Shown here one piece after another: positions 1-17,007 of a stretch of 64,000 nt of DNA (the first letter of the stretch is position 1; each line of letters starts with the position of its first letter). Both the position numbers and the translations under genes were made by a program. The notes below the pieces were generated by a model, which did not search any database, was not told the DNA's origin, and worked only from the letters and a program-made list of their open reading frames with translations. The DNA is from the human T2T-CHM13v2.0 reference genome, Homo sapiens: assembly GCF_009914755.1 (NCBI RefSeq), contig NC_060929.1, one strand, 5' to 3'.

Positions 1-59
1 ACAATACATATTTTTATTATTAGAGACAAGTCAGTATTTTTACAGCATCAAAAACAATG

Positions 60-1760
60 TAAAAATCATTGTAATTAACTTAATTTTCTCTACCTGCTTT
101 TTCATGATCTTAGTTATGCATTTTGTTTACATATGTCCGATAATGCAAGACGGTATATTTAATATTGCTTTAAATGATAAAAATCATTTTATATTTAATA
201 GTATTATAAAATATAAAAACCATTCCAGTAATGTTTATTTCTTCTTAGCCTTTTTTGGCTTTAATTTGATATATGCATTTTCCATTTTGAAGGTCTACTT
301 GGAAACAACCTCTCTTAGCTTTCATTTTTCTGAAAATATTATTATTTCATCTTTACTTTGAAGGACATTTTCACTGGATATAGAATTTTTGTTAATAATT
401 CTATTGTCTTTCAGCACTTTAAAGTCTTCTGCTGAGACAAACTTTCTGTGGAAAAGTCAGGTTTTTTTCATATCGATAAAAATATGCTTTTTAAAATTTT
501 CATTAGCTGATTTTAAGATTTACAATTTATATTTCATTCTCTGCAGTTGGTGATGATATTCCTAGGTAAGTTTCTTCTGCATTTCTTCTTGTGGTTTATT
601 CACTCATGTTCTTGAATAGGTAGTTTGGCGGCTTTTTAAAAGATTTTGAAAATTATTTTCCATTATTTATTTTATAAAATTGCTCTGTTTATTTTTTCTC
701 TCTCCTCTTTTACTCTATGTTTGTTAGTTTGTCGTGCACTACATCTCTATTACAATCTTTCTCTCTCTTCATTTTTTTCTCTTCCTCTCTTCCATGTTGG
801 ATGTCTCCTCTTGGATTGTACTCAAGTTTTTGAATCCCATTTTCTGTTCACTAAGACTACAATAGCCTGCTGCTAACTCATGCTTTTTTATACCTTTTGT
901 CAACTCTTTTCTCTATTTAACTAATCAATCGCCAGTGTTAATTCTTGTGCTTACTCCAATATCTGGATCATTTTCAGGTTCTACTTCCATTGAAAACTTT
1001 ACCTCCTGAATATCACCTGATAGATTTATCTCGTAACATCTCTCATGCTTTTTACCATCTACTGAACATTGTGGAAACTTCTTACTGAGATTTTGGTTAT
1101 GTTGTCTTCTTTGATAATTGTTCTGGTATGCAGACTAATTCTCTTGAATCCCCTTAACCCTGTTGAAACTTGGTTTTTAACCCTGTTGAGACTTGGTTTG
1201 GGGTCAATTAGGGCAGATTTATTTCTGTTAGTTCTTTTCCTTAGTGTTCCTCAAGGCCTCAATTAAATTCAGAATCCTCTCTAAGTTATATTTGTCCAAA
1301 ATGAGCTCATACATCAAAGAACTGTCAGCATCGTGTGACCTCTGATATGTTATTTGATTCCCAGTCTCCCAGTATCTGTTCTCTCCTAACTATGTAAACT
1401 TTAGCCTTGAATAAGTATAGTTGAGGACAACTAAAGGATTTTTACACAGATATTGGAAACTGGCATATGTAGTTTCTACTTTTCTCGTATCCTGTCTCCA
1501 AAACTTAGCTGTTATAGCTGCCATGGTTTCCAATCTCTCTTTCATCCATGTAACATTATAGCCATTATTTTAACTTACTTTATATTTTCCTGTGCACCTT
1601 TGAAAAACATACTCAGGGAAAATGCTGAAATAAATGTGAAAACTCACCTTTTATTCTTCTCTTATGCTATCTATCATCTATCTATGTTGTCTAGATTTAA
1701 TAGCTGTTTAAGATAGAAGGCAAACTTGCTAATAGCTACTCTATCATAAGTAGAATGGAA
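60..1760 (-). mobile_element. Ancient L1M remnant (ORF1/5' region), heavily decayed
   Basis: T-rich strand; 330-390 'atttcatctttactttgaaggacattttcactggatatagaatt' resembles the antisense of the L1 ORF1 3' end; boundaries approximate. Confidence 0.55.
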
Positions 1761-2772
1761 ACATTCTTATTTAATTTTTTTTTCTTCTGTACAACCATAA
1801 TGGCTTTTCTCTATTCCATGCCTCAAGGTAGACTAGCAATGAATTGACTCAGAACTAAACTGGATTAGCCTGAAAGAATATTTGATTTCTACTTGCCTTT
1901 TATGACTGTCAAATGGATTCCTCCAGAGGACAAAATCAGAGGGAAGAATGTTCATTTTATCCTTATGGCCTTATGTCAACCAGACAGATCAAAGGATCTG
2001 GTACCCACTGCTCTCTCCTAGGGTGGAGATCCTCTTCAAGAGCGTTCCCTGTGTACCTAGCCCAAGCACTCCTTTCTGTGAGATGGAGAAAACTAAGGAA
2101 CTAAAAGCATTATATTGATTTTCTATGTTACATTTTTTTCCAGATAAACTCTGATTTGCAGTTATGCTGTGTGTCATGGTTATGCTTGATCCTGACCCTA
2201 ATACCCAAACATAAACACTGAAAAAAAAAAAAGTTTTACTGACTAGTTTAGTCATTATTTATATTTTTGTGTCTGTTTAGGCAAAAAGTTCTGACACAAT
2301 TAACACCATTTAGTTTGAAAAGGTGAAGTATTTCTACTCCATATAACCATAAGAGGAGATTATAGGATTCAATAAGTTTTTCCATAATAATAATAGGTGC
2401 TTGGAAATTTATTTAAATGAAACTTTTTTGAGGGCTCAATAGAATGACATATGTAAATTTATGGATTTCAATTCTTGCTGCAAATTAGAACACCATGGAG
2501 AGAAGTTTTTTAAGATGCCAGTGCACAGCATACTTAATTAAGATGGTATGGAATCCAGGAGTATTAAATACCAATAAACAATAAAACTTTTCGGATGGGT
2601 CTAGCATGTAAACAGATGTAAACATATATTTTATCCTGTCACTTTCTTATGTACAATTTTCAATCCTCCAGGTAGTTTATAGGCAAAAGTTAAGTCCACA
2701 TTGTAAGATGATATATAACCACACATATTGAATTATCAAAGCATATTCACACAAGTCATCAACCTTACCTAA

Positions 2773-3416
<644 letters not shown>

Positions 3417-3886
3417 AACTCTGCATTTCTTTATGGAGTGGGCTGAATCAGTCAGATGTGGCTTCTTCTTCTTCTTTTTCTTTTTTATTTTTTCTTTCAA
3501 ACTAAGAATGTGTTTTTGTAATAGCATAAGAAATTTTATAATGTGTGTGGAAAGTTGTTCTCACTGCAAGTCCTTTGGTTTGGATTTTTTAGAGTATATA
3601 CTTCACCAGACACACAAATAGGAAAAGTCTGAAGAAGTATTTTCCATATTTCAGTCTGCTAAAATTCATATAGCTATAAATTACATATTTATTTATAATA
3701 AGTGAACTAAAAAATTGGGTGTACACTGCTAAAGAGCATTTTAATATAACTTCTCGGGAATCTTAATACATACTACGTCTATAAGGTGTTGTGGTAGAGA
3801 AACATTGGTGCCTCAATTTGATTAACTCCAAGTAGGGAGAGGGTGATCCATGGGTCTGCTATTGTTTTTTCTTTCCGGAGGGCTTC

Positions 3887-4307
3887 TGCTATGGTTTGGA
3901 TATTTGTCCCTTCCAAATCTCATGTTGAAATTTGATCCCAGTGTTGGAAGTGGAGCTTAATGGTAGGTTGGTTATGTCAAGGCAATCCCTCATGAATAGA
4001 TTAATGCCCTCCCTCAGGGGTGAATGAGTTTTTGCTTCACTAGTTCCTGCAAGAGCTTGCAGCTAAAAAGAGCCTGGCACCCCATCCTCTCTTGCTTCCT
4101 CTCTTGTCAGGTGATTTCTGCACACACCGGCTCCCCTTCACCTTCCTTCTTGAGTGGAAGCAACCTAAGACCCTCACCAGATGAAGGCACTGGTGCCATC
4201 CATGCGACTTGTACAGCTTGCAGAACGGTGAGCCAAATAAACTTCTTTTCTCTATAAATTACCAGCCTCAGGTGTTCCTTTATAGCAACACAAAACAGAA
4301 TAAGACA
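3887..4307 (+). mobile_element. MST-family (ERVL-MaLR) solo LTR
   Basis: Starts tgctatggtttgga, ends ctttatagcaacacaaaacagaataagaca; 5-bp TSD gcttc/gctta. Confidence 0.88.
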
Positions 4308-4379
4308 GCTTATGTGACTCCTTATGGCATAAAACCTTTTTGTTGCACACATTCCAGAATCAGGTAGCTAAATATGTCA

Positions 4380-4720
4380 GTCTTATTTTTGCTCCATATG
4401 CTGTTTCCTCTGCTAGAAAACTTTCTATTCATTTTAATCTTCTCCTCCCTGCCCATTCTACCTTCTAACTCGATGTACCTGAAGAACACAAATTCCACCC
4501 TCAAGACTTGGCTCAAATATTAACTTATCTTTAAGTCTTTCTCCTACCAGCTCAAGCAGAATTAAGAACTTCCTCCTTTATGTTTCCATAAACCGCTGGG
4601 CATAATTCTATATTAGCATATTTATGTTTAATATATTGTGTACTGGACACTATACACTTCAAGCAGAACATCTTTTTTCTGCTATTATTTGTGTTCCTAT
4701 CACTCACTAGTACATGGATG
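4380..4720 (+). mobile_element. L2 3' remnant
   Basis: 'ccctcaagacttggctcaaatattaact' resembles L2 3' sequence; boundaries approximate. Confidence 0.45.
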
Positions 4721-7019
4721 AGGGAAGTAAATAATACTAGGTAAAAAAAAATTACTATATGAATAAAATGCAATAATACATTTTATATATTGAGTAATAT
4801 TGGTGTGATATATTCAGTGCCTTAGATTAAATATCCATGATTATCCTAACCATTATTCTATGTAATATTAAACAAACAAACAAACAATAGAAATAATTGG
4901 GGCTGAGAAAGTTTTCATAATAGCCAGTCCGATTTTCTACTCTTCTACTCTGGAATCCATATTACAAGATTCTAGAATCCAAACCTGGTATTCTATGACT
5001 CTTGAGTACATATTCTTTCAATTAATCAAAACTGACAATGTGATTATCATTTTGATCGGAAATTTTAACAAATTTGTTATTATATTTTAAATTGTGGAAA
5101 TGGCATTTTAAGACAATAGGAAATAAAATATAACACTTTAATTAAAATGAATGGAATAGAATGATCAAAATGAGTTAACTTGAATGTAATCTCTTATAAA
5201 CATACATACGCATTTAATACTTTAGAAAATATACACTTCTGATGTCATTAAGTAGCTCTCATGACATCAAGGAACTGCATGACACTCCTAAAAGTAAATA
5301 AAATATTCAGAGTATCTTAGGTTTAGTATATGCATATATAAAATATGTTTGTATAACTCTTTATAGTAAGCCAGTGACTAATTTAAATGTTGCCACTAAA
5401 ATCTTATAAACTTGTAAATTTCATAATCAAACAAATATCTTATAAATCTTTGAAAACATATACACATGATTTACTTCAAGTTGTTACAAAAAGTCAAGCG
5501 TGGATTATTTATATATACAGATCGAAAGGAATTATTCAGTTTGAACGGCAATTTATGCCATCTTGTTGAAATTCTTATTTTGTTATTTACCAATTTAAAA
5601 GAAGAAAAGGAACTTGTGACAGTGTATTTCATTATAAACTGTTTAGTGGGATAAATTTAAGCAGAATTGTATATCTCCCATTGTTCTACTATGAAAGTGC
5701 TATAAGGCTTCTCGGTGATATTGCCTTTGATCATAGAATTAAGTTTTCTGTCTCAAACAGGTTTTATCAATCATATAATTAAGTTAAAACTGTTTCTTAT
5801 TTCAGCACCCTAAGGCTTTTCTCCAGCCATTACATAATACTACTGATTAAATGAAAGAAATATAACTCCATAGTATAAATGGTTATTTAAACTTAAATTA
5901 CCAAACACACCAAGACCAGGCTTACTATTAAATTGATTTTTCAAGTAATTGACATAGTTTCAAATTTATTTGTGCAGATGTGTCATTCTCTCTATCTCTC
6001 TCTTTTTCTGTTTATTTCTTTTTCTCTTCTCCACTTGAAATGATTTCTAGTTTGGGACACATTATTGGCAAGTAGTAACTAACCATGAAACTATTGCACC
6101 GATATTGGAAGCTTGATTTCAGTGTGCAAATAAAAGAGTCTTTTACAGTTCCTTAGATATGTCAGTGTTTATACTAAGTTACAAAATATTACAAGATTAG
6201 ATTATGCAATCAAGTACTGGTAAAACTAGAAAAATAAATTTTAATTTCTTAAATTTTCTATACCTTACTTAAAGGCCTGGACCTAAATAGAATTTTGCAG
6301 AATCAGTTAATAGAATGATATAGAGAAAGAAATAGTGAAAATCCAATGAAAATTAGTAGACATAAAAACATGAGTTTGTATTAACTCTGCTTAGTCTCTG
6401 AAATATCAAAAGTGCCAAAGGGACATATCTGTATATCTGCCCATTTATGGACTATCCAGCCCACAAGCAAACAGGCAAGACCATTCTATATTACATTTAA
6501 ATAATCGTTTCTAACATTATGTGTGACCATGAAGCCAGATCAATTTATATATGAGATAAATTGTTGTTGACATTGATTAATTTATTAAGGTATTCCTGGG
6601 AAAACATAGTGTCTTTATTTGCCTTTCTCAGAACCAGGTCTTGAGACCACATCTTGATTCTATGTAGTTCACTGTGAAGGTCAGCTCAGGTAGAAAAATC
6701 AGGTCATAGTACCAAAAAAAGGAAGGTAGCCTATAAAGGGTTGTTATCAGTCAAGTTATCACTAAGCATTTGGAGCCTAATCCCACTGAGAAAGTCCAGA
6801 AGCCAGAATAAAACATGTATTTACTAATTATCCTGCTTAAAGGGCAAGTGAGCTGAAGTATGTGTATTCTGTTTTTCTTTAGGCTTTGGTTGAGGTCTGC
6901 TTCTGAGGGAAGGATGTCAATTCTACAATATTTTCTGTGTGCAGAAAGTTTAGCAAAGTGTGTTTAGAGAAAGCACACAGGCTATCAGTAGAAAGTTGGA
7001 TAGGTGTGCAATAAAAATG

Positions 7020-8900
7020 AGACAACATTGATTATAACTGGTCCCCAACTAATACTGAGTACCTTACATGCCTGGTTTAGAAGCAAGTATGAAAAAGAGT
7101 GTGAACTGTGACCCCGGAGATCAGAAGCCCATTAGCTCAGTAATGTTTCTAGGCTTCCAGTGGACTGAAGTATGTTGACATATTCCCTACAATGTTAAGG
7201 CCATGCTATAAATGGCATTTCCGACCACCAAGAAAGACATCATGCTTAGGAGAGTCTGTGTATGTTACAGGCGACTTATACATCATTCAGCATGCTATTG
7301 GCCCCCATTAACCAAATAATCCATAAAGCTGCTAGATTTACTGGAGACAAAGAAGTCTCTGTAACAATTCCAAGCTTCACAAAGACAGATCCTGCTGTGG
7401 CCAATGCTTAGTTCTAACCTGTTAACAGCGGAGAACAAAACTGAGCTACCGTATTCCAATATTATCCAGTATGTTGGCATGTTGAGTACACTGGACCCCT
7501 TCATCAAATAGAGGGCATTGATGTGTCATCACTAGAAGAGGTAATTTTTCTGGAAATAGATTCGACTTTCTGGATATAGATTTGACTTTCTAGCTGAAAA
7601 TACCTATCTCAAAAGCACCATCATATGGATTTACATAATATTTTGTTCATCTCCATTTTATTCCTCAAAATATCAATTTTGTCCAGGGAACTCACAATAG
7701 AGAAAATAAAGTGAGGTAGTAAGACTAAGGTCAGATAATTTTAAAATATTTTACACAACTCTTTCCCCAAAGCAGCTTGCCTGATAGACTGGTCTACTGT
7801 GAACTCATTTATGGCACTGGCTGAGTGGTGACCACTATCACTGTTGAAGTGCTGTCCTGTGATGTAGTTTATGCTTGTTACCAGCATGTAGTTTATGATG
7901 TAGTTCATGCCTTTTTACCAGCAACCAATACAATGTGCCGTTTTCCCCATAGCCAGGATATGGAAATATATGAAAACAAAGATGTGGAAATGGGAGTGAC
8001 CTCTACCTCTATTACTTCTAATTATAGGCATACACTAGCAAATAAAAAAGAAAAAAAAAGTCTTTTTATCTCCAATTGGTAAGATCTACCGGATGAGAGG
8101 AGCCTATAAGGTTTCCATTAAACTGGAAGCTTAGATCATCACCTGACCATTTTGAACAACCCTTGCCATTGAAACTACAGACAATTAAGCGAGTTACTGT
8201 ACTAACTAGGTTGATTGTTATTTTCGGGAAGAAACAGAATGGTTACTACACAATAAAATCAAGAAGAGATATATTTGCAACCCAGAAGATTATCTGGGCC
8301 TTTGCTTTTTATCCCATGCTCACAGAAAAAAATTAATGAAAATCTAGTTATTGAAAACAGGCAGGATTGTCAAATCCCTTCAGGAAGAAAGTTTTAGATT
8401 ACCTCTTCAAGTAAGAACCAATTGAGCTTTCCAACAAGGAGAAAAGAAACAAGTAGTGCACAATGAAGAAAGAAAATTATATTACAAATTATGACCACAT
8501 GGCCAGTTGCAGGATTGAAGACGGTGGTAGCTAGGCTACCTGTTTTCTTTTTTATTATGTTATTCATAGATTTTACACAAACAATGATCCTTTTACGCAT
8601 TTGTCTTGAATTAACAAGGTGATTATTTATCCTGAAACATACAATTCAATATTTAAGTAACAGTATTTCTAAGAATGATTGTGACTGAGCTACCAAAAAT
8701 ATAATTATCACTTATAGATTGATAAAATTAAATTTTGCGCTTTGTGTCTCCATTTTTAGGGAAAGTTTGAGTACATCTTCAGTTACACGAGAAATAATTG
8801 CTTCCGGTTTGGAAGAATAATAATGTGTTTGTATGTTTTACTTTATTCTGAAATTATGTGTGGTTAAAAGGGCTGGATATAAATGCTGGGTTGGCAAAGG
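7020..8900 (+). mobile_element. ERVL-class (HERV16/ERV3-16A3-like) internal remnant, pol/integrase region
   Basis: 7566-7595 'ttttctggatatagatttgactttc' and 8114-8215 'ccattaaactggaagcttag...gttactgtactaactaggttgattg' resemble recalled ERVL internal sequence; no intact ORF. Confidence 0.6.
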
Positions 8901-8904
8901 GTTG

Positions 8905-9391
8905 GTTTGTGCCATGTCTGATTTTGATATGACATCATTCTGACCTTCTTCTTTGACCTATAATCTCTGCATCTCATAAGCGACGCCAGGAGTGACATTT
9001 TCCCAAATTCCCTTCCATATGTGATTCTAGTTCAGAGTTTTCAATGTGAGGTACTCTAATGAGATTCGGAGGGCAAAAGAGAAGAAAAAGATTATGCTCT
9101 AAAAAATATTTACAACCAGAAGCAAGGGTAAAAACAATTTATAGGGACTTCTTAGTGAGCTCCTGAGAAGCATCCATTTTAGAACTTCAGGTTAAGATAT
9201 TTTGTGGTGACTTCCTTGCTCTATCATAACAGCTTTAATAACAGATTTTCGGAACTTTATGATGGTTTCTCTGACCTTTGTTTCCCTAGTGTTTCCAACA
9301 GTGGTGTAAGTCCTCGTCCTTATATTACATCTTTCAAATCTGCGAGGCATTTAGTGGCCTCTGTTTTCTTGGTCACATGTTGACTATTACA
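8905..9391 (+). mobile_element. Old ERVL-type LTR (LTR16/LTR33-like)
   Basis: Directly follows the ERVL internal remnant; ends 'gtggcctctgttttc...gactattaca', a typical ERVL LTR terminus. Confidence 0.5.
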
Positions 9392-10419
9392 CTTGGACTT
9401 TAAAAATACCCATCATTTTCCTCTGTCCATTTTCTGAGACATTTCTTTAAGTTACCTTGAAGTGTCATTTCCCAGTCATATCCTGATATCAATGAACAGT
9501 GGCTTTGTTAACTTTTCCTTGTCCCTCCCTGTCAACTGATACCTATATCTGCATCCTCACCTGATTTATTTTCTCATAATCTATCAAGAATCAGCAAGCA
9601 AACAACTAATAAAGTTCCATATTAGATCTCACCATACATATATGAATCTAATTTTCAAATACTGAATAACTGTTATTTAAATAACATGTGTCACTAACGA
9701 AGCAAATATGCACAGCAAGTATTACCAGATTGTTTTCAAACCTATTAAATCAGTATTTCATTTTTTACTTAAAAAACATTTAATGAAGATGTATTTTATG
9801 TTGGGAAATGAGCTGAAACATAAAGACATAACTGTAAATAAGACCTCTTTTCTCTTAAAGAGGATCACATTCTACTGGTAAAGAAACATCAAGGAAATCA
9901 GTGGGAAAAAACGTAACACTGTGAGTTTTAGACACCAGTGATAAGCACAGAGATAATTACGATTTGATACAAAGGAGTTAGCTGTATAAATCTGACATTT
10001 ATGCATAATAGGCCAGTAGGCATATGCTACTTTAATAGGCTAGTCTAGATATTCACTAAGCCATCATTTTCCTAATAGTTTCAATTCCTAACCGTTTCAA
10101 TTACCATGAAGGGTTAAGTGTTGTCAGCGATCTTTTCTTTAGGCTAATTTAGATGCCCTCATGATTTTCTGTATATATATGACTTGGAGATTAGAAAACA
10201 ATGATTCAGCGCATATTCAGATTAGCAACTCAAATAGATTTGCGTACATTAGCTGAACACCTACGTCTGTGAATAGTTTTATCTATCTCTCTTCAGCAAT
10301 ACTATAGTATCTTCAGGATGGATTTTTGTATTTTAGCTTCCCTTGTTGCCTCTGAATTTATCAACGAAACAACAAGTTATTCATTAAAGAGAGTCAATCA
10401 GATAATTTACCAGGCCAAA

Positions 10420-10915
10420 ATAATTTGTAGATAGTTCATGGCATATGAAGTAAAGTTAAATTCTCCACCTGAGCTTATAGAGACTTCATAATCTGCCTAC
10501 TTCCTCTTTTCTCATTCTTATGTAGTATTTTCGATTCATACTATTTTTTTTTTCTCAATTCCTGGAGCACACCATGCTCTTTCTATTTCATGCTTCACAT
10601 TTATTTTTTTTTTCACTTAGTTAAAATGCTTTTTCCCTTGATCTAGCAATGGCCAGTTTATACATATTCTTTAGCTTTCAAATTAAATGCCACCATAGAA
10701 ATAATTTTCTAACCAACCAGCCAAACAGCCTCACTCTTCCTTCCTTGGTGCATTTACTCTTTACACAGTATTCATGTATTTTCTTTCTAGTCCTTCTCAT
10801 AATCTAGAATTACTTTATCATAGAAAGAACGTTCTTGCTCACCACTCAACCCCTATTGTCTGGCACAAAGTAAGTACTCAGACACATGTTGGATGAATGA
10901 ATAAATAAATGAATA
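10420..10915 (+). mobile_element. L2 3' end
   Basis: 'tctggcacaaagtaagtactcagacacatgttggatgaatgaat' is the characteristic L2 terminus. Confidence 0.7.
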
Positions 10916-10976
10916 ACTAGAAGGTAAAGATGTGTGACAATATAAACAACATAGACCTTTCTACATATACTCAACA

Positions 10977-11443
10977 TGTGACAGACATGGAAGTACCCCC
11001 ACAGGATTTTCTTTCAAAAAGGAGCTTCATAAGAGAATTGCAGTTAAATGGTAATCCCCGTTTGCACTTCTCTTAGCATCAATTCTAGCATTTGAACCAA
11101 GGCTATGCTGTCTCCAAACAGCTCTAAAAAAAAACTGAAAATGGTAGGCTACTGGCAGCACACAATTTCAGCCCAATGCCATCCTCCTCTAATGGGCAAC
11201 ATTTGCACTTGAACTCCACATTAGAATGGCTGGGACTTTCTCAGAGCTGTTCTAGATTCTGGGCTTCTCTGAAATATTCTTTTCTTCTCTCCTTTTGTAG
11301 GTAGCAGACCTGCACCACAGCCTGAAGCTCTTCCTGTCTATACATTCTCTTTCAACTTTGTCTGGCACAGGCTTGACTCACAATAAATCACTTGCAATTC
11401 TAACTTTATCTTGAACTGTGGTTTTTTAAAAAAAACTGACACA
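10977..11443 (+). mobile_element. LTR16A-like ERVL LTR
   Basis: tgtg start; 'ctcctctaatgggcaac' and 'gactttctcagagctg'; AATAAA at ~11382 followed by 'tcacttgca'. Confidence 0.7.
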
Positions 11444-12830
<1,387 letters not shown>

Positions 12831-15800
12831 GCTTATCAGATCCTCAGCCAGCAGCACTATTCAGGTTCTTACGGAATGTTTTATCTATAGATATAGAATA
12901 CCATACCGTAATATAGCATTTAAATAGCAGACATGCTTCATAGCAAAGGAGTTATCACACCATCCAGAAGTAGTCGACCAGATATGGGATAGGAGTGATC
13001 TTCTGAAGGAGCTGATAAAGCACCAGCCTTGCAGCAATACTGTACTCTGTGAGTGCCATTCTCTAGGACGCAGTCTACCCACAGAATCAGAATCGACTGC
13101 ATGGGACAGCACTGCCAATTGTAAGACTACATAGGGGTGACAACAAAGGGATGTAAACGCACTCACACAAATGCGCACACACACAAAGTAGAGTCCTAAG
13201 TGGAATAAAATAATGTTTAAATGGTTAAGGTAGCACATACCAAGTGAGAAGCTACTGGTGTCATTTTTCAGAAGATAATTCAGACAGTTTATACTTAAAT
13301 TGATTAAAAATTAAGTTCTTCAGTCTAACTAGGCAGATTTCAACTGTTCAATAATGACAGGTGGCTACCGACTTCCATATTAGACAGAGAAGAAAGTGCT
13401 ACTGGATAGTGCTGATAGAGAAGGGTAGAAATGAACAATAATGATAAACGAACATAGAGAAAATATTTTTGCAAACATTCTCAAAATCCTAAAGATTATA
13501 AAGATTATTAATAGTAGATACAAATTATATTAGCTAAATCAAAGAAAATCATAGTGATTTCAAAGTGACAATTTTTAAAATTTAAAAATGAAAATAAAAT
13601 GCTCCATGTTCTGTAGTGTTTAATATTTATCTTTTACAGCGTCAATATTTGGTAGTGTTATTCAGTTGTTGGCATATGCAATACCTCATCATTTTACTTC
13701 TCTTCTACTCTCTCAGTTGTGTAGTCTGTCTCTCTCCAAGACGTTCCTTATTCCTTTTTCTCCCTAATTGTCTGTTTCTTTTTCTCTTTATAGCCTCTCT
13801 CGCAGTCTCATCAGCAGTGCAGTTTTGAGCAAAGTGTCAAAGCTGTCTAAACCTCAGTTCCTACATCAATGAAATGGAGTTGACAGTAACGTTCATGATA
13901 TTTTGATTAAACTTAAAGTATTGGCATTTTTTGCTGGGTATCTTATTAATAAAGAGTTAGGATCTTGACCCACACAAAAGACATCAATGAAGATCATAGA
14001 GAAATTAACATTTTTGAGGCATTAATGATTGTTGGTGGGACTTTTCCTAAAAGAAAATTTAACTTTTCTGGTCTTATTTATTCAGAGATAAAAATACTCA
14101 GGGAGAAAAAAAAATTATATGAATTTTTAAATCATACACTTTTTGACGAGTACAGCACATCCTAGAGAAAATGCCTGATACATTTCTTAGGAGATGTAAA
14201 GCTAGGATGCATAGGTAAGATCTGGGCCACAGTACTGGATTGTATGGCCACAATAGAGAATAGAGTGGCAGTCATAACTTGCGGTTGTGCATTGTGGGGA
14301 ACATTTTGTTAAAACATAAAGAGATTGTGGTTCAATAGACTATACTAAATCTTTAATGTTTTTCCTCTTTAGTCTTTATGTCTTGTTTCTTACTAATACA
14401 TAGTTGCAAATAGAGCTTTCATTTTTTCATCTAAATTTGCTAGCATAAAAAATTTAAAAACTAAAACAGATGATGTTGGATATGACAATTATTTCACTGT
14501 ACTTGAGGAATTTACTTAAAATAGTCAATCTCGGTTGACATTCATGAAAACCACTAAGGCATTTGCTTGGGTATTGAATGACTACTGAAGTGAACATGGC
14601 CTGGGAATTTTGATCATCATTCATTTGTATTGCTTTCTCATGGTCAAAAATGGTACCAATAAATATGATAATTTTTGCAATCTACAAAGAAGTTATTGTA
14701 TTAATTTTCAGATAACACTTGAGGCTCCTTCAAGCTCGATGATTATGCAATAATATAAACATTACAGATTTTATGGTATGCATTTTAATCATAAAGTGAA
14801 ACTTGGTGTGCTAGGAAAAATTTCCAGTTTCTAAATGAGATAATTCATGAAAATTAATTTTATTAAAAGGTAAGCTCTAACACAGTTTTCTTATAGACTA
14901 GTATTTCTCATATATATCTGTGTTAATACATAATATTACATAAATATAAATTTTCCTGAGGGAAAAATGCTATTATAGATAACTTTCTGTTTATGATTAT
15001 TACACCAGTATGCTTAGTGGATCTCACAAAAACAACACCTTATTTCAGATTGCACTCTCAATGTGCTAAAGAATGTTTTATTCCCATGTGATTTGTTCAA
15101 AGAATGTTAACAATGAATAATAACAAAAACATACATATTCTGATTACAATAAGGAATATTAGTAGGCTTGAATCAAATATTAATACTACAATTAACTACT
15201 AAAATAGGTTGTAACTTGCTCAAATAAATTTGCTCTTAAGTAACTTTTATGTAGAAAATTTGAAATGCTGAATAAAACATAAAATAAACTGAGTTTTCAG
15301 AAGAAACCTCTCTCTTATACAATTAAATTTAGTACAAAATAGCATTGTATTTTGTTGTGTTTAAATGAGAATATTTGCTTCAAAATTCTGAGAAACTTGC
15401 ATATACAACATATATATTAGCTAATGATATATTCCCATGACAAATATTTACATACAGCCATCAGTATGAAATATAGAAATTAAGGATACCTAATGGCAGT
15501 ACTTTTTGTTTCTTCTTATGTTATAGACTTCTTACTAAATTGTACAAGCTATTAGTAGTATATGTGGATGACTGAATACATTATTCATAGAGTGATATGC
15601 AATCATACTTTTCTCACTGAGGAAATAGGTTATCCTCTATGACCGGGAACATTTTAATAGAGTTTAAGCTTTGCTGAAAGTAGGATATATACTATTGCAT
15701 TGTAGTTTAAATATAATTTCTATAAACTAAAATATTTAATAATGCTTCCAGTGAGAAGACATTATATTATTTATTCCCTTCCCATACAATTATTAAATTC

Positions 15801-15897
15801 ATACTATATCCAGGAATTTTGTTGTTTACCAGTTATAAGGTAGTAAACAAAACAGATACAATGGCTTATTTTATGTTTCAACTTGACTGTGATGTCC

Positions 15898-16417
15898 TGT
15901 AGTGGTTAATTTTAGGTGTTAACTTGACTGGATTAAGGGTTGCCCAGATAGCATCCCTTAAAACATTATTTCTGGGTGTGTCTGCAAGGGTGTTTCTAGA
16001 GAAAATTAGCATTTGAATAAGTAGAATAAATAAAGATCTCTTCCCACCAACAGAGTTAGACATTATTCAATTGACTAAAGTCCTGGATACAGCAATTAGA
16101 CAGAAGAAGGGCACATTTTCTATCTCTTTTGGTGCTGGACATCCTTCTTCTCCTGGGAGAAGTTCTCACACATGGGAACTTCAAGTGCTTAAGCATTTGA
16201 ATTATGAGACTTACGCCATGTCTCCTCTCATTCTCAGGGCTTCAGATCTGGGCTGAATTACAGCACTGACTTTCTTGGTTCTCCAGCTTCCAGATGGCAG
16301 ACTGTGGGACTCCTTGACCTCTGTAATTTCATGAGCCAATTCCCATAATACATCTTCTCATATCTATATGTATATATCTTGTTGGTTCTGTTTCTCTGGA
16401 GAATCCTGACTAATCCA
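15898..16417 (+). mobile_element. MLT2-family (ERVL) solo LTR
   Basis: Starts tgtagtggttaattttaggtgttaacttgactggattaaggg; ends ggttctgtttctctggagaatcctgactaatcca. Confidence 0.88.
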
Positions 16418-16467
16418 GATTACATTTCCATAGACATCTCTATGGGTGGGGAAATAATACTCCAGAA

Positions 16468-17007
<540 letters not shown>

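Noticed and set aside
1154-1199. 23-bp tandem duplication (similar short ones at ~7546-7590, ~7860-7925, ~10069-10102)
   Set aside because: Two-copy slippage duplications without spacers; not CRISPR-like and common in genomic DNA.
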